From a virus: a stretch of 64,000 nucleotides of DNA. The stretch lies in IMG/VR virus record IMGVR_UViG_3300029982_000010, positions 157,903 to 221,902 of that record. One strand, given 5' to 3'. The notes below the pieces were generated by a model. That model made no database searches. It was not told the DNA's origin and worked only from the letters and a program-made list of their open reading frames with translations. Of this stretch, positions 20,522 to 28,980 are shown piece after piece. Position 1 is the first letter of the stretch; each line of letters opens with the position of its first letter. Position numbers and translations under genes: made by a program.

Positions 20522-20801
20522 AATTTGCTTCTATTATATATTCTTTTATTTGGTTATAAAGTAATCTATCTGGTTCATATAATTTTGATTCTATATCATT
20601 AGAATCATTTATTTTTATGAAATCTTTATTAATTTCTTTTATTATAATAATACTTTGATGATCATATCTACCAGATTTTGCTTGAATTATATACAATAAT
20701 CTTGCTTTATTACCTATTGCTTTCTTTTTATATAATATTAAACCACATTGTTCAATAACAGCATTATAATTAATATCATTATTGTGATTGTGCTCTTTCA
20801 T
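20508..20801 (-). CDS. hypothetical protein
   Basis: 97-aa ORF. Confidence 0.4.
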   Translation of the reverse strand: MKEHNHNNDINYNAVIEQCGLILYKKKAIGNKARLLYIIQAKSGRYDHQSIIIIKEINKDFIKINDSNDIESKLYEPDRLLYNQIKEYIIEANYEYR

Positions 20802-20805
20802 ATCT

Positions 20806-21042
20806 CTATTTTAATTGTGAAATATAAGAGCAACCGTTATCTAATCTATATGTTAGTTTAGTATCATATTTTTTTTCATATGCTGAAATATATCTTTCTA
20901 ATTCTTCTATATTATTATGTAGATAAATAATTTCCTCAAATGGTTTTGTATAGTATATTCCAAGAAATTGATCATTCCAAGATTCAATGCACGTTTCCAT
21001 CCACATTTTTTTAAATTCTTTATCAAAATAATCTTTTGCCAT
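20806..21042 (-). CDS. hypothetical protein
   Basis: 78-aa ORF. Confidence 0.4.
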   Translation of the reverse strand: MAKDYFDKEFKKMWMETCIESWNDQFLGIYYTKPFEEIIYLHNNIEELERYISAYEKKYDTKLTYRLDNGCSYISQLK

Positions 21043-21050
21043 AATAATTA

Positions 21051-21335
21051 TTATTTAAAATAAATTCTTTTGTATTCATTATTAAAATCAAAATATAGAA
21101 ATTCACTTATATTACCATTTAGTTCACTATCTTTATATAAAAAATCAAATTTATCTGAATTTTTTGGAAATCCAATTCCAAGTTCTTTCTCCCATTCTTT
21201 TGATAATTCAATAAAATCTTTCCATATCATAACGCTAGTGTCTCCTTGCCCATCATAAAAAACAAATACTAATCTATTTAATTGTTCTTCTGTGAAATTA
21301 TCAAGTTCATCTTTTGTTATATAAATATTTTTCAT
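21051..21335 (-). CDS. hypothetical protein
   Basis: 94-aa ORF. Confidence 0.4.
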   Translation of the reverse strand: MKNIYITKDELDNFTEEQLNRLVFVFYDGQGDTSVMIWKDFIELSKEWEKELGIGFPKNSDKFDFLYKDSELNGNISEFLYFDFNNEYKRIYFK

Positions 21336-21883
21336 TCTTTATTTAATTCAATAAATGATTTAATCGTATTTCTGTTATTATAGACTGATTTTGGAACCAT
21401 GTTTTTTAGCTCAGGAGAATTGCTCAGTATAGCTTTTCTAACTTCGGTAGCAGATACACCATCTTCAACAGTTCCTCTTGCTAATAGCACCAGAGATACA
21501 TTATTTTTGAACATAAATCCTGGAAACCATTTAGTGATGATTTCAAATCCATCTGAATAATACATAGTGAAACAACTATCTTTAATTTGATCTACTATTT
21601 TAGTATAAAGATAAAAACCCCATTCAATAGAATTATCACTTTCTGAAGTTAAATCATCTAATGGTATTATTAAACATTTATCAATCAACTTAGCTTCTTT
21701 TAATGCATCTTTTAGCATTTCAATTCTAATGCTAACTGGAATTGGATTTCTTGAGTCAACTTTATCCGCACTTCCAACTAAAAATACTACATTTTCATTT
21801 TCATCATATGCCTTTTTAATTAATGCCATATGACCATTATGTACTGGCTGAACTCTTGCTAATATTACTCCGAATTTATTCAT
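21332..21883 (-). CDS. cytidylyltransferase-fold NMN adenylyltransferase (NadM-like)
   Basis: 183 aa; ARVQPVHNGH (archaeal-type xRFQPxHxGH) and VSATEVRKAI (ISATxIR). Confidence 0.65.
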   Translation of the reverse strand: MNKFGVILARVQPVHNGHMALIKKAYDENENVVFLVGSADKVDSRNPIPVSIRIEMLKDALKEAKLIDKCLIIPLDDLTSESDNSIEWGFYLYTKIVDQIKDSCFTMYYSDGFEIITKWFPGFMFKNNVSLVLLARGTVEDGVSATEVRKAILSNSPELKNMVPKSVYNNRNTIKSFIELNKE

Positions 21884-22100
21884 ATATTTTTAATTTTTTT
21901 AATTTTTTTTTTCTAATTTCTGATACTGTTATTAAATTTTTTGGTTCAAAATAATACATTGGAAGTTCATATAAAGAAATAATGGTGAAATTATCGCTAA
22001 AATAATCTTTGATTGTAAAAATATTATATCTATTATCTGTTATATATTTATGATGTTCATAAAAATAATCAGTAAATAAAACTTTATCTCCTATTTTCAT
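21876..22100 (-). CDS. Fam-A small protein
   Basis: MKIGDKVLFTD..., C-term SEIRKKKLKKL. Confidence 0.45.
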   Translation of the reverse strand: MKIGDKVLFTDYFYEHHKYITDNRYNIFTIKDYFSDNFTIISLYELPMYYFEPKNLITVSEIRKKKLKKLKIYE

Positions 22101-22207
22101 TTATTTTTAATAATTTTCTTTTTCTTAATTTACTTCCAACTAAATCTTTTTTTATGATAACTTTCATATCATGATTAATCCACATGGTTGATATATTAAT
22201 AGGTATA

Positions 22208-22560
22208 CCGTCAACTTAAACTTATACAAATTTGTACTTGCTGTGACGTTTGAATTTCGTTTGATGAAATTCTTTATCCGAACACACTATTCTTTAATAA
22301 TTTAAAGAAATCGTAGTCGCTTTTAATTATTTAAACTACATAACGAACAACCATTTTTAAGACTTATTATAGTCCGTTGTTAAGATGTATTTAAAAGTGT
22401 ATTAATCGTTCTATGTTTACTGTAATCAATATTATTGATATGTATAACGATTAAAAGTTTCAGTTTGATTTTTAATCAAACTTATTACTTTTATGATTTT
22501 ACGTTAGTTAAGTTTTTAACTAACAACCATTTTATCATGACATCAAAGAACTATTTGTTT
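22208..22560 (-). mobile_element. orphan 3' fragment of a tnpB-like gene plus right-end (omega-RNA-like) region
   Basis: rev-comp of 22208-22330 aligns almost base-for-base with 39330-39448 (AAAGAATAGTGTGTTCGGA...CAAACGTCAC...TACAAATTTGT...TTTAAGTTGACGG); no intact ORF. Confidence 0.55.
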
Positions 22561-22599
22561 AATTATATTTAATAGTATAATATTTTAAAAAAGTTTATT

Positions 22600-22866
22600 T
22601 TATTTACACTTTTTTATATTTTTATTTAATTTTTTTGTAACGGAATCTTTACCTTTTGGTGCTTTATATTTTATAAGAAATCTTTTAACTGATTTTAAAG
22701 AATAATAATTACTAGTATATTCATATTTATAAAAATTGAAGTCATCTTCTTTTTCCCATCTTAATAATTCACAATTCCACCAATAACCATTTATATTAAT
22801 TGAAAATGGTCTTTTGAATGAATATTTAATTCTCGCCCCTTTTTGCTTAGTATATGTTATTTTCAT
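22600..22866 (-). CDS. hypothetical basic protein
   Basis: 88 aa, K/R/Y-rich. Confidence 0.35.
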   Translation of the reverse strand: MKITYTKQKGARIKYSFKRPFSININGYWWNCELLRWEKEDDFNFYKYEYTSNYYSLKSVKRFLIKYKAPKGKDSVTKKLNKNIKKCK

Positions 22867-22959
22867 GAGTATTTTAAATAATTATTATAATGATGACAAA
22901 GATATAAAATATAAATGATTTAGATATTAATATATTATTTATTTTATTGATTTTTAACT

Positions 22960-23208
22960 TTAAATATTAAAATCTTTATATAATTTTTTAAGTTTTTCTT
23001 TTCTACATTCTTTAATAGATAAATATTTATTAATTCTATGATAATTTTCTGCATCTTCATTGATTGATATTAAACCATTTTCATAATCATAATCATTCAC
23101 TATCATATCATTATAATTTGATGAATATGATATAGTTTTTATATAATCACAGAATGTGAAAATTTTGTTAGTTGATATTTCTAATAACTTATCTCCTGGT
23201 TTGAACAT
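22960..23208 (-). CDS. Fam-A small protein
   Basis: MFKPGDKLLEIS..., C-term KECRKEKLKKL. Confidence 0.5.
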   Translation of the reverse strand: MFKPGDKLLEISTNKIFTFCDYIKTISYSSNYNDMIVNDYDYENGLISINEDAENYHRINKYLSIKECRKEKLKKLYKDFNI

Positions 23209-23426
23209 AATTTTAATAGTTTTTGTTTTCTATATTCTTTTAATGTTATAAATCTATTTTCATGATATTCAAAATCATTTTCTAATATAATATAATTAAA
23301 ATGATCTGATTGATATGTAAAGCATAGTTTAATTATATAAATATGGTTTAATAATAATTTTCTCATACTATTATCATCTAAATAAGAATTATCAATACAA
23401 ATTACTTTATCTCCTGGTTTTAACAT
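23181..23426 (-). CDS. Fam-A small protein
   Basis: MLKPGDKVICID..., KEYRKQKLLKL; tail overlaps next start. Confidence 0.5.
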   Translation of the reverse strand: MLKPGDKVICIDNSYLDDNSMRKLLLNHIYIIKLCFTYQSDHFNYIILENDFEYHENRFITLKEYRKQKLLKLCSNQEISY

Positions 23427-23644
23427 AATTTTAATATTTTTTGTTTTCTATATTCTTTTAATGATATAAATCTATTAGAATTAAATTCAAAATTATATTT
23501 TTCTAATATCATACCAATATAATTATTTTCTGTATCATAACTAAAAATATCTTCAATTATATAAATATTATTTAATTGTAATAGATTTATATCATATAAA
23601 TAAGAATTATCAATGCAAACTACTCTATCTCTTATCTTGAACAT
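23420..23644 (-). CDS. Fam-A small protein
   Basis: MFKIRDRVVCID..., KEYRKQKILKL. Confidence 0.5.
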   Translation of the reverse strand: MFKIRDRVVCIDNSYLYDINLLQLNNIYIIEDIFSYDTENNYIGMILEKYNFEFNSNRFISLKEYRKQKILKLC

Positions 23645-23913
23645 TCTTCTAATTTTTTTAGTTTTTCTTTTCTCATTAAAATTTCTATATTTTTACCAGT
23701 TTTTTTATAATAAATATCTTTTAATTTTTCAATATTAATTATGAAAATATACAGGTTCGAATTCATTTTTTTATCTATGAAAAAAACATTAGTAGATGAT
23801 TCAATGCATATTATATAATTATTATCAATTATATAGTTAGTATCAAAACATTCATGGGTTTTTCTAAGATTTAGATTTTCTATATAATTAACAAGACTTG
23901 ATTCACTTATCAT
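23632..23913 (-). CDS. Fam-A-array protein with variant N-terminus
   Basis: C-term MRKEKLKKLEECSR. Confidence 0.45.
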   Translation of the reverse strand: MISESSLVNYIENLNLRKTHECFDTNYIIDNNYIICIESSTNVFFIDKKMNSNLYIFIINIEKLKDIYYKKTGKNIEILMRKEKLKKLEECSR

Positions 23914-24142
23914 TTTTATTTAATTTTAATAATTTTAATTTACGATATTCTTTTAATAGCATAAAACAATTATAATTATATCCATATTTTATATCTTTGA
24001 AACAAATAATAAAATTTTCACTAAATAATTTTTTATATCTTATATCTTTATATTCTGTAACTTCTAATATTGTATTAGGTAAATTGTATTTTTTTCTATA
24101 TTGTTGATCAATGCAAACTACTTTATCTCCTGGTTTGAACAT
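23903..24142 (-). CDS. Fam-A small protein
   Basis: MFKPGDKVVCID..., KEYRKLKLLKL. Confidence 0.5.
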   Translation of the reverse strand: MFKPGDKVVCIDQQYRKKYNLPNTILEVTEYKDIRYKKLFSENFIICFKDIKYGYNYNCFMLLKEYRKLKLLKLNKNDK

Positions 24143-24384
24143 AATTCTATTTGTTTGAGTTTTTGTTTTCTATATTCTTTTAATAATATAAATCTCTCTG
24201 AATAAAATGTCTCATTACAACATTCTTTTATTTCAACTCTTGATCTACCAAAACTTGATCTATCAAAAACTGAAAAATCTATATTAATTGTATAAATATT
24301 ATATTTAATTAGGTTTACATTATAATTATTATTATTATATTTTTTAACATCAATACAAACTACTTTATCTCCTACTTTGAACAT
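24118..24384 (-). CDS. Fam-A small protein
   Basis: MFKVGDKVVCID..., KEYRKQKLKQIELCSNQEIK. Confidence 0.5.
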   Translation of the reverse strand: MFKVGDKVVCIDVKKYNNNNYNVNLIKYNIYTINIDFSVFDRSSFGRSRVEIKECCNETFYSERFILLKEYRKQKLKQIELCSNQEIK

Positions 24385-24608
24385 ATTTCTAATAATTTTT
24401 GTTTTCTATATTCTTTTAATGATATGAATCTGTGTGAAAAATACATACGTTTACATTCATATAATACAACTCTATCTGTATTGCTACCTGAAATTTCTGC
24501 AATTCTATTTATTGTATAAATATTATATTTAATCATTTCTATTATAGATTTATCATTATAAAAATATTTATCATTAATACACACTACTTTATCTCCTGGT
24601 TTGAACAT
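24372..24608 (-). CDS. Fam-A small protein
   Basis: MFKPGDKVVCIN..., KEYRKQKLLEICSK; TAG stop inside next gene's KVV codons. Confidence 0.5.
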   Translation of the reverse strand: MFKPGDKVVCINDKYFYNDKSIIEMIKYNIYTINRIAEISGSNTDRVVLYECKRMYFSHRFISLKEYRKQKLLEICSK

Positions 24609-24826
24609 AATTCTATTTGTTTGAGTTTTTCTTTTCTATATTCTTTTAATAATATAAATCTAGTATTATAATATAAACTATTTTCATGATATTCTAATAT
24701 TATTCTATTATTGGTATATTCATGTAACTCTTTTACAATATAAATATTATATTTAATTAGATTTATATTTGGATCACAATTATTTTCATCATTTATGCAA
24801 ACTACTCTATCTCCTGGTTTAAACAT
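24584..24826 (-). CDS. Fam-A small protein
   Basis: MFKPGDRVVCIN..., KEYRKEKLKQIELCSNQEIK. Confidence 0.5.
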   Translation of the reverse strand: MFKPGDRVVCINDENNCDPNINLIKYNIYIVKELHEYTNNRIILEYHENSLYYNTRFILLKEYRKEKLKQIELCSNQEIK

Positions 24827-25008
24827 ATTTCTTTAAGTTTTTGTTTTCTATAATATTTAATAAAATCAAAATCTGTTAATATAATATCACATTCATTGGC
24901 TGCATAATATGGATATATAAAAACATCATTTATGTTTATATAATCATTTACTTGATATTGAATATGAATTTTATAATTACAATTAAGATAATTTAAATTA
25001 TCCATCAT
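24802..25008 (-). CDS. Fam-A-array protein (variant N-term)
   Basis: C-term YYRKQKLKEICLNQEIE. Confidence 0.45.
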   Translation of the reverse strand: MMDNLNYLNCNYKIHIQYQVNDYININDVFIYPYYAANECDIILTDFDFIKYYRKQKLKEICLNQEIE

Positions 25009-25125
25009 TTTACGACTAAAAACAACAGCAACTCCATAATCATTAAAATTTTTAGATATTTCTTTATATAATAATTCGTAAAAATCCTAGTAGTTTTTAA
25101 TATATAATTATCAAATATTTCAACA

Positions 25126-25497
25126 TTAAATTTTACTATTTTCATTATAATAATTATTTATTTTTTCTATTTTTAATTTTCTATTATATTGTTTAAAATC
25201 TATTTTATTATTAGATAAATAAAAATCCCCTTCTTGTAAATCTGTGTTTATATAAAGATAACAGTCATATAATATTCCGATATAAGGTTTTGATGATTTG
25301 TAAGAAATAAGATGAAATTTATCGGAATATAAAATAAAATCAAAACAATCCTTACCTACATAAATATGAGGATTATTTTTATATATCATTATATAATTAT
25401 TTATATAATTTTTAATAATATTATATATTCTATTTGAATCTATTTCTTCAGATTGATAATTTATTGAAAAATCTATATTATAATATTCTACTATCAT
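25126..25497 (-). CDS. KL-tail protein
   Basis: 123 aa; C-region YNRKLKIEKI. Confidence 0.4.
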   Translation of the reverse strand: MIVEYYNIDFSINYQSEEIDSNRIYNIIKNYINNYIMIYKNNPHIYVGKDCFDFILYSDKFHLISYKSSKPYIGILYDCYLYINTDLQEGDFYLSNNKIDFKQYNRKLKIEKINNYYNENSKI

Positions 25498-25922
25498 AAT
25501 TTTGATAATTTTTGAAGTTTAATCATTCTAAAATATTTTTTAATATATTTATCATCATTAATCATCATATTAAATTGATGTAAAGTTATTCCTTTAATAT
25601 CTTCTATATCTTGATTTATAAAATGATACCATCCATTAAACACATCTATTTTATTATCAAGCACATCAAATCTATATTGAAAAATTCTAAAAAAATCTTC
25701 TAATTCCAATTCATCTACATGTTTCATTTCAACTAGCATTATACCTATTAAACTACGAATAGAAGCAAAATAAACATCTCTATTTTTATACTCTATTAAT
25801 TTATTTATTATTACATCAAATAAATGAGATATAGAATTATATTTATCATTAGGAATACAGACTTCAATAAACAAATTATGTTTAGTAAATAATTCTTTAT
25901 TATATAACTTTACGTTTATCAT
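25494..25922 (-). CDS. KL-tail protein
   Basis: 142 aa; C-term YFRMIKLQKLSKL. Confidence 0.4.
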   Translation of the reverse strand: MINVKLYNKELFTKHNLFIEVCIPNDKYNSISHLFDVIINKLIEYKNRDVYFASIRSLIGIMLVEMKHVDELELEDFFRIFQYRFDVLDNKIDVFNGWYHFINQDIEDIKGITLHQFNMMINDDKYIKKYFRMIKLQKLSKL

Positions 25923-26107
25923 AATATTATTTTAGATAATTTAAATTTTCTTATATATTTTACGTATTCTAAAATATAAATATAATAATTAAATTGTTTA
26001 TATTTATTATCAGCTATTAAATATGTAATATCAATATTAATTTCATTATTGATATATGATATTTTATATCGTCAATAGTATATTTTTTATTAAGAATAAA
26101 TTCTTCA

Positions 26108-26395
26108 TCATGATTCAATATATAAATCATCATATCCTTTTTTGTTATTTTCATCTATTTTCATTTTCTTAAATTTTATTCTTCTAGTTTCTCTAATATA
26201 ATCTCTAATATTAACATTTACTGTAATACTTGTACATAATTCAGAATCAACTTTAATTAAATATCGTACAGTTATACATAATGTATTTCTAATTATATTA
26301 TATGATATACGATCTATAACATATCCTTCTGATATATAAAAACGTTCAACGTTATTTATAACATAAATCAATAATTCAAAATTAGATATTTTCAT
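26108..26395 (-). CDS. KL-tail-like protein
   Basis: RETRRIKFKKMKI degenerate tail. Confidence 0.35.
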   Translation of the reverse strand: MKISNFELLIYVINNVERFYISEGYVIDRISYNIIRNTLCITVRYLIKVDSELCTSITVNVNIRDYIRETRRIKFKKMKIDENNKKGYDDLYIES

Positions 26396-26663
26396 TTAAT
26401 TTTTCTAATTTAATTTTTCTAAGATAATTATTAAATGAATTAAATGATATTTCTTTTTCATCTGAAAACATAGTATCTACATTTATAATATAATATGACA
26501 ATTTAACTTTTATGCTAAATTCATAAGTTGTTAATTTCATATATGAATAAAATTCATATTTTTCATTATCTTTTTTAATAATATAATCAAAAAATAATGG
26601 TAATTCATTTTTTCTTTCTATCCATTTATTTATCCAATCATTCATATTTTGATAATTTTTCAA
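26382..26663 (-). CDS. KL-tail protein
   Basis: C-term YLRKIKLEKLNENI. Confidence 0.4.
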   Translation of the reverse strand: MKNYQNMNDWINKWIERKNELPLFFDYIIKKDNEKYEFYSYMKLTTYEFSIKVKLSYYIINVDTMFSDEKEISFNSFNNYLRKIKLEKLNENI

Positions 26664-26892
26664 TTTTTGTTTTTCTTATAAAATTATTATATTCATTAGC
26701 AGATAATGTTATATTTGAAAAAAAAACTTGTCTTGATATATTACTATCATAGTATATTATTCTAAAATTAGTATATTTATCAAAAGATGTACCCATTTTA
26801 TAAGATTTAAGATTATAATTTTTATTATCTTTTTTTATATAGTTATCAATACAATAAAATGTTGAATTATGTTTTTTTACCCAAGCTTGCAT
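26638..26892 (-). CDS. KL-tail protein
   Basis: C-term FIRKTKIEKLSKYE. Confidence 0.4.
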   Translation of the reverse strand: MQAWVKKHNSTFYCIDNYIKKDNKNYNLKSYKMGTSFDKYTNFRIIYYDSNISRQVFFSNITLSANEYNNFIRKTKIEKLSKYE

Positions 26893-26899
26893 ATATTTG

Positions 26900-27130
26900 A
26901 TAATTTTTTTAGTTTTTCTTTTCTATAATCTTTCAATGATAAAAATTGTTCTGAATAATAATCATCAACAATTATAGCTTCTTTTATTCTAATTACAGTA
27001 GTAACTCCTCCTATTACAATATTATTACGGCAATCAAATATATGTAAGATTGTTAATTCTTTATTTGATGGTAAATCTATATTGTATCATAAAGATTTAA
27101 TAAAATAAATTTTGTCTCCAACGTTAAGCA
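26900..27130 (-). pseudogene. decayed Fam-A copy
   Basis: rev-comp MLNVGDKIYFIKSL* then ...DYRKEKLKKLSN in other frame. Confidence 0.35.
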
Positions 27131-27576
27131 TCTATCATTATTTTTTCAAGTTTTTTCTTTCTAATATATGTTCGTAATTTCTGAAATGAATTATCAGGAT
27201 TATTATCAATTATGTGAGTTAATTCTAATAAAGTTAAACCTTTTATTGAATATATTTCATCACTTATAGATATAGTATTTGTGCCAATTATTATACCAAT
27301 CATTCTCAACATATCAGTAAAATCTTTACATTCTTTTAATTGACATATTTCATACATACGAATTTCTTTAACGAACCATAATAGTCCACCTAAATTTATA
27401 TTATTTATTTTCATTGATATAGTAATATCAAGCATCTTATTAAAATCTAATATTTTAATAGAATCATTATTATTATAAAAAATATTATAATCAGTATTTA
27501 ATGATATATATGAACTACTCATTACATAATTTACAATATTTACAATCATTTTTATAAGTTTTAAAATAAGATACAA
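27124..27576 (-). CDS. KL-tail protein
   Basis: 150 aa; C-term YIRKKKLEKIMIDA; track start is TTG, real start probably internal ATG. Confidence 0.4.
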   Translation of the reverse strand: MYLILKLIKMIVNIVNYVMSSSYISLNTDYNIFYNNNDSIKILDFNKMLDITISMKINNINLGGLLWFVKEIRMYEICQLKECKDFTDMLRMIGIIIGTNTISISDEIYSIKGLTLLELTHIIDNNPDNSFQKLRTYIRKKKLEKIMIDA

Positions 27577-27620
27577 ATATAACTATTAAATTTTGAATGT
27601 GCAAATTTTTATACATAAAA

Positions 27621-27648
27621 AAAGGATTGAAATGAATTTCAATCCTTT
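27621..27648. terminator. hairpin AAAGGATTGAAA-TGAA-TTTCAATCCTTT flanked by A-run and T-run
   Basis: 12-bp perfect stem; between gene train and tRNA. Confidence 0.45.
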
Positions 27649-27682
27649 TAAAAATAAATATACCTTATGAAAAATATATTTG

Positions 27683-27753
27683 TGCTCACTATCGGATTCA
27701 AACCGATGTAGGTAGTTTTAGAGGCTACCGCCCTATCACTGGACTAAATGAGC
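27683..27753 (-). tRNA. candidate suppressor tRNA, anticodon CUA (reads UAG)
   Basis: cloverleaf by hand: acceptor GCTCATT/AGTGAGC (1 G-U), D-arm GTCC-AGTGATA-GGGC, anticodon arm GTAGC-CUCUAAA-ACTAC (U33 and A37 present, one C-A mismatch), T-arm ATCGG-TTTGAAT-CCGAT; apparent compensatory A19/U56 in place of G19/C56; no encoded CCA. Confidence 0.45.
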
Positions 27754-27768
27754 ATTTTTATTAAAATC

Positions 27769-27789
27769 GGGGTGCTTATAAAGCACCCC
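27769..27789. terminator. GC-rich hairpin GGGGTGCTT-ATA-AAGCACCCC followed by T-rich tract on the minus-strand transcript
   Basis: 9-bp GC-rich stem unusual in this AT-rich DNA; overlaps stop of 27776..27967. Confidence 0.45.
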
Positions 27790-28096
27790 AAAGTTTTAAA
27801 TTACGAAATAGAGAATCATTGCCATGTACTGCTAATGCAGTTGGTTTATTATCTAAATCAGGTTCATAGAACACTGTGAAATCTATATTTTTAAGAGTTA
27901 ACTTAAATATCCATTTTTCAAGTTCTGCAGATAGAAAAATTAAGTATTGATTATTCCAGGTTTGCACCTATTTATGATCAAGTAACCATTGGCATGAAGC
28001 GTGAGCACCTTGAACTCCTCCATAAGTAACATCAAGCTTGTTGTCAATTAATATAAATAATTTATCTTTTTCTAAATCATCTTTGACGTTTTTCAT
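27776..28096 (-). pseudogene. PTH2-type peptidyl-tRNA hydrolase homolog with in-frame TAG (pseudogene or amber read-through)
   Basis: N-part MKNVKDDLEKDKLFILIDNKLDVTYGGVQGAHASCQWLLDHK, TAG at ~27968-27970, then VQTWNNQYLIFL...ALAVHGNDSLFRNLKLWGAL; resembles Pth2 blocks MVLVVRxDLKMGKGKxAAQxxHA and CLGIGPxPxxxxDxxTGxLKL. Confidence 0.45.
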
Positions 28097-28103
28097 TATC
28101 ATA

Positions 28104-28427
28104 TTAAATAGATGCTAATGATTCATCTTTAATTTCTTCTATCACATTATATTTTTCAACTAATTTATCAATTGAATTTTTGTAATATGATAAAGGCAAT
28201 TTATCTGGTTTATTTTTAGGTTCAATTTCTTCAAATATTTTACCTTTTAATACTGCATAAGCTGCATATAACATTCTTAATTCATGTCTGTTTTCAGAAT
28301 GTAAATAATCTGCTTTCCATGATTCCATTACTCTTTCACCTTTAATGTGAATAGTTTTTCTTTGATTTCTGAGATTTGATTGATTCTCCGCCAGTTTTTT
28401 TATATCATTTTTTATTGTAGTTTTCAT
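28104..28427 (-). CDS. hypothetical protein
   Basis: 107-aa ORF. Confidence 0.4.
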   Translation of the reverse strand: MKTTIKNDIKKLAENQSNLRNQRKTIHIKGERVMESWKADYLHSENRHELRMLYAAYAVLKGKIFEEIEPKNKPDKLPLSYYKNSIDKLVEKYNVIEEIKDESLASI

Positions 28428-28595
28428 ATTTTTATTATTTTTTTATTAAATTATTAATTTTTTTAAATACTAATTGATTAAAAATAATAAAAGGTGAACC
28501 TCTATCAAATGATAAAACCTAATGTTGATGTTTCATAATTTTCTTTTTTTTTTGTTAAGCATAACAATATTGTCATGTTTGGGTTTATATAATGA

Positions 28596-28961
28596 TTATT
28601 TTTTTAATTGTTTAATTTTTAAATATCTAAGTATTTTATTATAAGTTTTAATATTATAATTTATTGCATTACAATCATCATATATAGAATATTTAGTTAA
28701 AAAATCAAGTGATTTTTTATATTTTTTATAATATTTTACGTAATATTTATAATAATCATTTTTTCTATTTTCTCTTATAGTATTTAAAAATAGAAAGCAA
28801 AAAGCATTAAAAATATAAAAAAATATAGAATATTTAAAAGATATTTTTCTATGATCATCAGGAAATTTTGTTTTTTCATCTAATACCAGAACAATTTTAT
28901 AAATAATTGCAATTAATATCATAAATAAAATAATTTGATACACTTTTACTGCTATTATCAT
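28596..28961 (-). CDS. Fam-A-TM protein (TM anchor + KL-tail)
   Basis: N-term TM helix; C-term RYLKIKQLKK. Confidence 0.45.
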   Translation of the reverse strand: MIIAVKVYQIILFMILIAIIYKIVLVLDEKTKFPDDHRKISFKYSIFFYIFNAFCFLFLNTIRENRKNDYYKYYVKYYKKYKKSLDFLTKYSIYDDCNAINYNIKTYNKILRYLKIKQLKK

Positions 28962-28980
28962 ATTTAAGTTTATATAATGA

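Noticed and set aside
21070-21258. ORF-track entries on the opposite strand or in alternate frames of longer genes (21070..21258+, 31207..31458-, 31325..31519+, 31510..31767+, 38560..38805-, 40642..40914-, 40652..40849+, 40892..41188-, 48812..49063+, 61738..62001+, 63352..63582+)
   Set aside because: Each lies wholly inside a longer, family-supported or motif-supported ORF. Low-complexity F/I/L/N/Y-rich translations are typical of wrong-frame reads in AT-rich DNA.
22960-25008. CRISPR-like regularity: a conserved ~40-nt block recurring every ~230-250 nt
   Set aside because: The blocks are the overlapping coding junctions of tandem Fam-A genes. The intervening units are ORFs of paralogous proteins, not short unique spacers, and no cas genes are present.
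26640-26670. Mimivirus-type early promoter octamer AAAATTGA
   Set aside because: Occurrences found lie inside coding sequence (codons KIEK of KL-tails), not at a fixed distance upstream of starts. There is no consistent intergenic enrichment by eye.
27968-27970. Genome-wide reassignment of TAG to a sense codon
   Set aside because: Many Fam-A genes terminate precisely on TAG at the conserved junction (for example 24372..24608), so TAG is a functional stop in most genes. Only a local suppressor/target pair is proposed.
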